This document shows positions 11,683-21,652 of a stretch of DNA of 64,000 nucleotides, piece by piece. The stretch covers positions 118,606,001 through 118,670,000 of the forward strand of contig OX597816.1 in assembly GCA_951406725.2 (NCBI GenBank), given 5' to 3'. Position numbers and translations under genes: made by a program. The DNA comes from Octopus vulgaris. Lineage: Eukaryota. Under the pieces are notes generated by a model, which saw only the letters and a list, made by a program, of their open reading frames with translations, searched no databases and was not told where the DNA came from. Numbering within the stretch: position 1 is the stretch's first letter; each line of letters begins with the position of its first letter.

Positions 11683-12126
11683 CAATATTTAATTGTGAGA
11701 TTCTGAAGTTTTTTTAGGTTTTTTTTTTTCATACCTTCTTTTGTTAACACAGGCATAATGTTTATAAATATAACAAAAAATTCAAATGTGCGTATATATT
11801 TGTGTATACGGGTGTATATGTATGCATGCTCTTTTATGTTTGTGTGCACATGTAGGTGTGTATTGACGTTCTATAGGCAAGCTTATCTTTCTATATATAT
11901 CATGCATATATACATGTACATGCATATATGTGTGTGAACATTAAATGACTCAACATGCACTCACTCCAAATTTAGTAAAGTCTGCTATCTGTTTATCTGT
12001 CTGTCTATCTAGATAACTAGCAATGTAATTAAATTCACAGAACAGAATCATAAGTATTCCCTTGTGTTCCTGTAGTATGAATTTATGGATTTATTTAATT
12101 TTGCAATTCCCTACATACAAACTTAC

Positions 12127-12201
12127 TATGGTTAACTGGTTATCTTTAGTGTCTTTCAATGACGTCACATTCAGACCAAAACATCAAGGAAGTATCCACA
12201 T
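12127..12201 (-). CDS. Coding exon 1 (75 nt, MWILP*CFGL...QLTI)
   Basis: ATG in ACC-ATG context at 12201-12199; donor ATA|GTAAGT (intron starts 12126); phase 0; in-frame TGA at 12186-12184. Confidence 0.72.
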
Positions 12202-13807
12202 GGTCCTTTTTGCCCAAATATGTGTGTGTGTTTGTATGTAAATAGGGAACAGCCTTTCTTTCAAACATGTTGAAGTAAAGGCATAATTATGTCCAAGTTT
12301 AATCTTTTTTTTTTTTATTAAGGATTGTTAGTCCTTTTCGTTTAGATTGGAACTGTAGCGTTCCTTAATTCATTAGTCCATTAACGTTCTAGTTCTCATC
12401 ATCAGAACAACGTGATATTCATCGAGGTACATTGTTCGCACATTTCGTGTATGTGCGTGTGCGCGCGTTTTGGCAGAATAATCAATTGGAGAGGACGTTG
12501 AACTCGAAGTTTGTGGGTCATAAATTCATTGCATCTCTTTGCAGCAAGCCACTTCATTCGACACAGCTCATTTGTCACTAATAGGTACCAGGCCATCGTG
12601 CATTTCATCTCTTAATTGTTTGTATTTAGAGTCTAAAGCTATATAAACTAACTGGCTATGTTATTGAGGCAATAGAATAGTCTGCTACTACTAATAAGAT
12701 AGCTGATAAGTTCAAATCGTCTACAATTATGGAGACGAAGTGGCAGAGTCAATGGAGCACTGGATTGATTGCTCTGTAACATTTGTTCTGACTCTGAGGT
12801 CCAAATTCAAAATCCAGCTGAAGCCAACTTTGCCTTTTATCCTTTCAAGATTACGTAAAAGAAAAATGCACCAGTTGTGGGCAGCGGATTGGTGAAACTG
12901 TAAAAATGTCAGTCAGGATGCTACGCAATATTTGTTCAGTCTCTATTTGTTATGAGTTCAAATCCAGCAATGGGGCCTACTTGGCTGCTAAACCTTAACT
13001 TAATCAAGTTTAATACCACCACCTGGCACCAGTGGTACTTTTAGAGGAGTTAAATCTGTTGCAACCATCCAGGTCAGGTCATCAGTTGGAGGATACCTTC
13101 CTGTCTCCCAACAGTTTCAGATGCCTTGTAAAAGGTCATGGGCACTCTCCTTTCCCTTGACTAAATAAAAATAAAAAAATTCAGAATTCTATAAGCACAA
13201 CATTCAATATACATGTCTGCTGGTTGCCTATTCTTATTTCACACTTGTATGGTTAGTAATATGACATGTATTCCAACTATAAAAATGCTTCTTTCATTCA
13301 ACATCATCATCATTGGCATCATCACCATTATTTAACATCCATTTTCCATGCTTGAACGTGTTGGACAGTTTGACAGGAGGTTGCAAGCCAAAGAACTGTG
13401 ACAAGCTCCTTTGTCTGCTTTGGCATGACTTCTACAGTTGGTTGCCCTTCCAAACACCAAACACTTTAAAGATTGTACTGAGGGATTTTTATGTGACACC
13501 AGTACCATCAGGGTCGCCAAGTAACTTGTAAGACCTAGCTCCCTTCAACTGGGAGGTAACTTTGTGCTAGTGAATGAGAGGATAAAATGTATAATAGAGG
13601 GATAGAGAGAGGTATTTTGCTGTAGGCAAGACACACAGCTACCCCAGTTGAAAATGAAAAGAGAGAAAGATAGTGGTGAAGGAGATGTGTCAGAATATAT
13701 TCACAAGGTAGGGAATGTGTAGAGGTAGGTCTTTAATATAATTGCATTAACAAAATGCAATTATTCAAACTGAGTAAAACCATTCTACCTATATTAAACT
13801 CATACAT

Positions 13808-14416
13808 TTAACCCTCTCAGATGTTAGTGCCGCCCCGACTGGCCTCGTGCCGGTGGCACATAAAAAGCACCAACCGATTGTGGCCGTTGCCAGCCTTGCC
13901 TGGCCCCGTGCCGGTGGCACATAAAAAGCACCATCCGATCGTGGCTGTTTGCCAGCCTCGTCAGGCACCTGTGCCGGTGGCATGTAAAAAGCACCCACTA
14001 CACTCACGGAGTGATTGGCGTTAGGAAGGGCATCAAGCCGTAGAAACATTGCCAGATCAGACTGGGCCTGGTGCAGCCTCCTGGCTTCCCAGAACCCAGT
14101 TGAACCGTCAAACCCATGCTAGCATGGAAAGCGTACGCTAAACGAACATAATGATGATGATGAGATTGTTTTAAATTAATCATGCATTATCTCATCCCTT
14201 TGAGATTTCTATGATATTATTTATATTGAGAATGACATTGTCGGATTGTTTTAAATTAATCATGCATTATCTCATCTCTTTGAGATTTCTATGATATTAT
14301 TTATATTGAAAATGACATTGTCGGATAGGTGTGAGAAGCCAGATATGGCTGCTTTGACCATAAAACAGGAAGAATATTTCGGATAGTTATGGCCAGTTTA
14401 AATGCTAAAGAGTGAA
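13808..14416. mobile_element. TTAA-flanked piggyBac-like MITE interrupted by an RTE 3'-end insertion (~13823-14163) and carrying an ~80-bp tandem duplication (~14164-14326)
   Basis: ttaaccct start; three gtgccggtggca-taaaaagcac units and a (gat)n tail inside; duplicated gattgttttaaattaatc...gacattgtcg. Confidence 0.65.
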
Positions 14417-15131
14417 CCATTTTGAAATTATAGTCAAATTTCCCTCATGTCACTCATTACTATCATAAATACAGAGAGGGATACATTGGATAATATAGTC
14501 CTTAAACCGACAGGATGGTCATTGGTGAATTAACTTTGATTACAGTTAGGCTTCATTAGGACTGGCCTGGACAAAACAAAATAAACAGCAAAGTGAAGAA
14601 TAGAGTATTTGAAACAGTATAAACCTAATCCTTTCTACACAAGGGCTGAAATTTGGGGGAGGGAGATAGTCAATTTCATCAACCCCAGTGTGTAACTGGT
14701 ACTTATTTCATCGACCCCCAAAAGGATGAAAGGTAAAGTTGATCTCAATGGAATTTGAACTCAGAATGTAGTGTCGGGTGAAATACCACTAAGCATTTCA
14801 TCCAGCGTGCTAACGATTCTACCAGCTTGCCGTCTTTCAGTACAAACCTAATTGTTACTTCATTTATATTGCACAGTTAGAAGACAAAGTTAACCCCAGT
14901 ACAATTTGAATGCAAAATACAGAAAAACGTAACTACCATGCATGAAGGTTTTCTAGTCCATTATTAGCTTGCTTGTTTCAGTCATTGAACTGTGGCCATA
15001 CTGGTGCATGACCTTGATGGCTTTAATCAATCAAACTCACCCAACTTCTTAATTTATGAAGACAAAAAGCACTAGTTGCTCAGTGATGAGTGATAAATGC
15101 AAAAATGAACACACTCACTCACACATACATA

Positions 15132-15164
<33 letters not shown>

Positions 15165-17139
15165 GTACATACATGCATGCATACATATATACACAGGCAG
15201 ACATAACTATCATGGTCAGGAAGAATTTGTTGAGGCAGTTTTTCAATGGCCAGTTGCAATTCCTGTGTAACTAACGCTCACTTGTTTCCAAGCAAACTGA
15301 TATTTTCCCTGGCTAGAAACATAGGACATTGCTTGTTGGATGGAACTGTTCTCACATAACTATAATGTCAAGACTAATAAACACACATACATACATACAC
15401 ACACATATACAATAGGCTTCTTTCTGTTTCCATCTACCAATTCCACTCACAAGGTTTTGTGCCCAAAGTGCGACATGGTTGTGAAGCAAACTCCTTAATC
15501 ATGCAGCCATGCATGGGCCTCCTTTAATATCTCTGTTACACTACAAATCTAACAATAGTAATGATTTTCAAAATAGGCACAAGACCACAAATTTTGAAGG
15601 AGACAATAGACAATGAGCTCAACCTCATATATTTGTCTGGTATTTATTTTATCATATACTTTACTGGTGCCTATTATTATTATGGCTGGGTTCCAGCCCA
15701 GGCCACAGCAACAAAGTCCACCTGCTACACTTCTTGGTCCATCATCACTGCCTCAAGGTCCTGGATACATTTCACGCCAGTGTCTGCAATCAAGTTGTGT
15801 AATGAGGTTTTTCTCACAAGATTAATTTGGATGCTTCCAATTCAGGGTGGTGCATGCAATGACCAGATAGTTGCAGCTGTCTTTGCCTAATTTTCTTGCA
15901 AACTTTTGACAGGTTTCCATGAAGGTAATCATTTGTCATATGTTGCTGCCATTTTAATATATTTAATAAACTGACCTAGTACTTGACTAGTATTTTATTG
16001 TGACCTTAACATTTAATCCAGCCCAAATATTTTACCTGCCTTATGTTAAAACAGACCAGATCCAACCTCTCTCACCAACCCTACAATGTTATTCTAAAAA
16101 TGTAGAAACACACCATTGAAATCTTAAAGCTACCAGCCCAGATGATATGTGATTAATTCAAAACAATGTGAATAAATAAGCAATATATTTGACAAAGAAA
16201 TTTGAACACTAAAGGGTTAAGCTCATCAGAATATGAACTCAGAGTGTAAAGAGCTGGATCAAATAATGCAAGATTCTATTTTGACACTCTAATGATCCTG
16301 CCAATCTACCATGAAAATAATTATATTTAATTCATAACTAGTCTGACAAAATATATTCTAATTTGCCTATGGCTCAAGCCATAGGTGAAACAGGAATTTT
16401 GTTGGATCACTAATTGTGGATTAAATATTTCTGTTCACTCTCAGACCCATCTAAGAATACTTTATTTTAAGTGGCCAGACATTGTTTCTTTTTGAACTCG
16501 TCACTCCTTGAATAAATATTATTTGATACACATATTTGTACAGTAGATTTTTCAGAGTTTATATTACCAAATTCTACACAAAATATTATTGTGAACCCAA
16601 AGCTATGGTAAGAGATAGTAAGATACCACAGAGTAAGATTGAACTTAGAGCTACAAGCGAACTTCTTCACCACACCACCATACTAAACACCAGGTCAAAT
16701 ATCATCATCATCATCATTTCAATATCCTACAGATTATGCTTACATGAGTCAGAGAGCGTTTACTGAGATAGACTTTCTGTTTCTAAGCAAAGTAATATTT
16801 CCTCATAGCCAGGCATGTTCTCATAGAATATTGGAAATGAATAACATTACCTGCATGACAATCATTTAACAACTATCACATGATGTCAAGACGAGTAGAC
16901 ACACATACAGACGTGTGTGTGTGTGTGTTTGTATGAAAATATATATATATATATTCACACAAACACACACACACACACACATGACAGGCTTATTTCAGTT
17001 TCCATCTACCAAATCCACTCAAGGCTATAGTAGAACACACTTGGCAGGGAGACTGAACCTGGAACCATGTGGTTAAGAAGCAAACTTCTTATCATACAGC
17101 CCCACCTGCATCTATTATATATATATATATATATATAGT

Positions 17140-17370
17140 GGCAACGAGCTGGCAGAAACGTTAGCGCGCCGGGTGAAATGCTTAGCGGTATTTCGTCTGC
17201 CGTTACGTTCTGAGTTCAAATTCCGCCATGGTTGACTTTGCCTTTCATCCTTTCGAGGTCAATAAATAAAGTACCAGTTACGCACTGGGGTTGATGTAAT
17301 CGACTTAATCCCTTTGTCTGTCCTTGTTTGTCCCCTTTATGTTTAGCCCCTTGTGGGCAATAAAGAAATA
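17140..17370 (+). mobile_element. tRNA-derived SINE, family B. Other copies: ~14630-14835(-), 26630-26860(-), 27140-27325(-), 38930-39145(+), 52713-52918(-), 56298-56510(-), 56535-56690(-), 58315-58520(+)
   Basis: A-box-like tggcagaaacgttag and B-box gagttcaaattcc; shared central gactttgcctttcatcctttcg..gtc.ataaa domain; multicopy. Confidence 0.9.
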
Positions 17371-17841
17371 TATATATATATATAGTGGTATACAGGGCGA
17401 TTAAATTTACTAACAATGTTACTGGTACTTTATTTTATGGATCCACCATACCCTGGTTACCTCTACCCCAACCACCCTGAAAAAATTATGAAATTGTCAT
17501 CATTGTCATTATTGTGTCCTCCCATTGCTGCTGCTACAAACAGATTCAGGACTTCAGTTTGTAATACAGTTAGGATAGACCAACAAGGCATGGTTCATGA
17601 TGTGTCATGCATGATGTCATGATGACATCTGCTGTAATAGTTTACTTGTGACACCTTCATAGCAAAGCAGAACCACTTCAGGCAAGAGGCATCTTCTATT
17701 CCAGTATGCTCGTAAGTGTAAATCAGTGTGTTTGAGGAGGTGTAAATATCATCACCAACTCAGACACACATAACACATACATGGACATGCATGCAAACTA
17801 TATTACAATATGTGTATGTATGCAATGTAAATAAGTATCTA

Positions 17842-17918
<77 letters not shown>

Positions 17919-17960
17919 GTATATATATATGTATATATATATGTATATATTATATATATG

Positions 17961-17994
<34 letters not shown>

Positions 17995-18300
17995 GTATAT
18001 ATATATATATGTATATATATACATATCATCATGTATATATATATATGTATATATATACATATCATCATGTATATATATATATGTATATATATACATATCA
18101 TCATGTATATATATATATATGTATATATATACATATCATCATATATATATGTATGTATATATATACACATATATAAACACATACATACATACATATATAA
18201 ATATGTGTATACATATATACTTACATATAAATATATAACTAAATTTCATATATACATATACATACATATAGACATCATATATGTACATATTATGCATACA
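17842..18300. repeat. Long (TA)n and TA-derived minisatellite
   Basis: Direct inspection; source of the IY-repeat ORFs. Confidence 0.95.
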
Positions 18301-18478
18301 TTTATTCATTAGCTCACACATTTATTATATATGTGTGTGTGTGTATAAATGTGCGTATGTATATGTGTACATACATAGATAATAGTTTTCACTCCAAAAT
18401 TGTGTGATGTTTACTTGTTTTCAAAAATCTTGTGTGCTGTGAATTTTTTATCTGTTCATATTTTAATTTTTATTTTTG

Positions 18479-18514
<36 letters not shown>

Positions 18515-18823
18515 TTAAATTTATTTTATATCAAGCTAATGGCATAAATATAAAATATAAAAAACACAATAACAAACAATTATCATCGAATGGATCATCT
18601 TAGTCATGAACAATGAATGCTAAATGCTCTAAGTGAACCATATCTAAGCAGTTGAAAATCTATGAAGGTCAGAGATTGTTCTAACATGGTTGATTGTTTG
18701 TGTTTATTATAATAATTTGTGAGGTTTTTGTTTGTTTGCTTTTTTTGTAAACTTTTGCTTTAATTACTTTGTTTTAATTTTATTAGTGCCTTTTGTTTTC
18801 TTGTGCATGTGTATGTGTGTGTT

Positions 18824-18854
<31 letters not shown>

Positions 18855-19771
18855 TTTCTTTGTTTCCATTGATTTTGCAAAAGATTTAAAAGATTTCCAT
18901 GTTGTTTCTGTCATTCAATGTACATAAAAGATTGTCATCTTACTTCCTGCATCTCTGTACAATAATTCTATTACATATATTCTTCACCTGTCTATCTGCC
19001 TGCTTCAGGTTCACCATCCATCACTCCTCTTTCTCCCTACATCATCCACCCCTCTTCCATCCTCCCACACACCAGTCTCTGCTGTCTCTCTTTGATAAAA
19101 TAGCATTTACAAGTGTTATGCCTAGATACAAAGAATAAGAGCTGTAAAATATCTCCCTCTGTCACTCTCTCTCTCTCTCTTTCTCTGTTTTTTTTTTTTT
19201 TTTTTCCTTTTCTCTCTATCACTCTCCTCTCTTTGTCACATATACATTTAATCAGTTAGACACACATGTATATAAATACACACTCACAGACATTGCCTTC
19301 ACTTGTAACACACACATCCCATTCTCACATGTCTGCTTCAGTCATAGATTTTATGTCAACATAATTACATATTTCAATCAGGCACTATAATGCATTGGTA
19401 AGCTCTTTGCAAATCAAATCTGAAGCCTGGTTTCAATTCCCAGCAGGAACAGCTTCACTTTGCTTACGTCATCTTAATGCCTTTGAGTGAGGTAAGAAAA
19501 ATCACAACCTCCTGTTTTACTTCTCTTAATAAGTATCAAGCTTCAGGACTCTCAAGAAAACAATTAGCTACATTTTCTTTGGTCTCTGCTTCAATTACAC
19601 TGATGACAATTTCACTAATTATTCCTCCTGGGTCAATAAAGCAAGTACAAGTTATACACTGAAGTTGATTTGATAACATTTTGGTTTTTACTTCATACCT
19701 TGTGAACAAAGTATAAATAAGTACAAATTTTACCCCAGCTGAGTTTATATATATACACATATATATATGTA

Positions 19772-19821
<50 letters not shown>

Positions 19822-20273
19822 AAAAAGGAGATGTGGAACACGAGTTGTGATATATAAAAAAAGGAAATGAAGAAAATGCTGACAAAATAATTTAAGTAAG
19901 GGAGAGTATATTTAATTAGGTGCAAGTTCTTTTTACCGGTTGCGCATTTGTTATGCTTATCAAAAGATATTTTTTTAAGAGAGATAGAGTTCCTTTCTGA
20001 TAGATTTTTTTCTCTTATCTGACCTATATATATATAGGTGCAGGAGTGGCTGTGTGGTAAGTAGCTTGCTAATCAACCACATGGTTCTGAGTGGTTCAGT
20101 CCCACTGCTTGGCACCTTGGGCAAGTGTCTTCTACTATAGCCTCGGACCAACCAAAGCCTTGTGAGTGGATTTGATAGACAGAAACTGAAAGAAGCCTGA
20201 TATATATATATATATAAATATTATTATTTCTAAATCTCTCTAATGGAGACTATGGCAGCAGTACTGGGTATTA

Positions 20274-20381
20274 ATAGTTATCACCAAGCTAACATGGCAG
20301 TCCAGAAAAATAGGACAAATGCTGCCATTGCAGCATTCGTCCTATTTTTCTGGACTGCCTTGTTAGCTTGGTGAAAACTAT
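20274..20381. repeat. Near-perfect 52-bp palindrome with 4-nt loop
   Basis: Arms 20274-20325 and 20330-20381, 3 mismatches, loop catt. Confidence 0.9.
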
Positions 20382-21014
20382 ATATATATATATATAGATA
20401 GAGAGAGAGAGAAAGAGACAGACAGACAGACAGAGAAAGAATGAGTGAGAGAGTGAATCATGCATACATAAATGTATAAAACTGGCGCTCTGTTAGTTGC
20501 AATGATGAGGATTCCAGTTGATCTGATCAACCAATCCGCCTGCTTATGAAATTAACGACCTGTATGTTCTTAACATAGTTCTCAGGGAGATTCAGCATAA
20601 CATGGAATGTGACAAAGCTGGTCTTTCAAATTACATGTACAACCCATATTTGCCAGCTCAGCTGAATAGACTTGAGCAATGTAAAACAATGTGTCTTGCT
20701 CAATAACACAATGTGCCACCAGGAATTGAACTCATGACTTTATGATCCTGAGCCAAATACCCTAACCACTAATCCATATGCCTTCACTCATACACAGACA
20801 TATGCACACATGCATGCATACATACTTGCATACATACATGCATGCATGCATGTTGGCAAGGCTGTATGGTTAAAAAGTTCACTTCCCAACCACATAGTTT
20901 TGGGTTCGGTCCCACTACATGACACCTTGAGTGTCTTCTACTATTGCCTGAAGCTGACCAAAGCCTTGTGGATAAGAAGCAATTATTATGTATGTACATG
21001 CATGTGTGTGTGTG

Positions 21015-21061
<47 letters not shown>

Positions 21062-21073
21062 ACACACACATAG

Positions 21074-21407
21074 TGAAGGCACATGGCTCAGTGGTTAGAG
21101 TGTCGAGCTTACGATCGTGAGGTTGTGAGCTCGAATCCCGGACCGGCCTGTGTGTTGTGTTCTTGAGCAAGACACTTTATTTCACGTTGCTCCAGTTCAC
21201 TCAGCTGTAGAAATGAGTTGTGACATCACAGGTGCCAAGCTGTATCGGCCCTTGCCTTTCCCTTGGATAACACTGGTGGCGTGGAGAGGGGAGGCCGGTA
21301 TGCATGGGCGACTGCTGGTCTTCCATAAACAATCTTGCCCAGACTTGTGCCTGGGAGGGTAACTTTCTAGGTGCAAACCCACGGTCAGTCATGACCGAAG
21401 GGGGTCC
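21074..21407 (+). mobile_element. tRNA-derived SINE, family C. Other copies: ~28240-28590(-), 45020-45250(+), 51000-51295(-), 51340-51606(-); related heads at 25963 and 54026
   Basis: tggctcagtggttagag A-box, tcgaatccc B-box, cttgagcaagacacttt core; multicopy. Confidence 0.9.
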
Positions 21408-21652
21408 TAATACACACACAGACATGCTCAAAGGGGTTCACATCGGCAATTTAATTTGATAGTATCTCCATGTCACCCTGCATCTTTGGTTTAGTAGATT
21501 ACTTCAAAAGAAAGTATCCCAAGTAATTCAAATGGTGGTGAATATGATGGTCCATATGGAGTTAAACAGTTTTCTATTGGTCCCAGTTACCATGTATTGT
21601 TTATTATATTATAGACTTCATATTTGGTAATAAACTACACTATTAAAACATG

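Larger units (their letters stand above)
7459..12201 (-). other. Cryptic multi-exon gene for an uncharacterised multi-pass membrane protein (~273 aa) with ~10 in-frame stops; candidate editing-dependent gene (alternative: pseudogene)
   Basis: Hand-assembled translation, * = genomic stop that becomes TGG after A>G: MWILP*CFGLNVTSLKDTKDNQLTI|FTTYIILAATVAIYLPRVYYNVLRLPAVAA*YCI*LHMM*STTAWRAFPR|FFETVQGLQCASGGIIE*YPDKPGLPVVWQDCASLD|SAHLLVFFSIPM|SIRGTVKI|ADVIIRK*KMVNCSIYVLHQE|PWYGLMDRTKKTWLEIGLYLATIFLLAYSHFVIMTSGNRG*NMNPTIIKKTNKLLWSIVLALSMCTFNIYNFNSLH|I*K*SFADNYGNIFTINKHSQICDGCHI*AICCSLSSNRLKLFQL(stop). Intron phases 0,2,2,0,2,0,2 are mutually compatible. Confidence 0.7.

Noticed and set aside
7459-12201. 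Selenocysteine, mitochondrial-code (NUMT) or simple readthrough explanation of the stops
   Set aside because: Half the stops are TAA or TAG, which neither Sec insertion nor the invertebrate mitochondrial code decodes. The gene has spliceosomal introns. Ten serial readthroughs are implausible. Ordinary pseudogenisation is not excluded.
13823-14000. Repeat-spacer-like array (also ~1385-1475 and ~59285-59430) resembling CRISPR
   Set aside because: Internal tandem units of a retroposon 3' UTR; the spacers are related to each other; eukaryotic context with no cas genes.
19445-19700. Minus-strand ORF tail (FIDPGGIISEIV...) as an exon
   Set aside because: No consistent splice pair or partner exon; the ORF begins in a microsatellite.
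21074-21145. tRNA genes at SINE heads (also 46216, 46466, 54026)
   Set aside because: A and B boxes are present but each continues into a SINE body; no clean cloverleaf or terminator.
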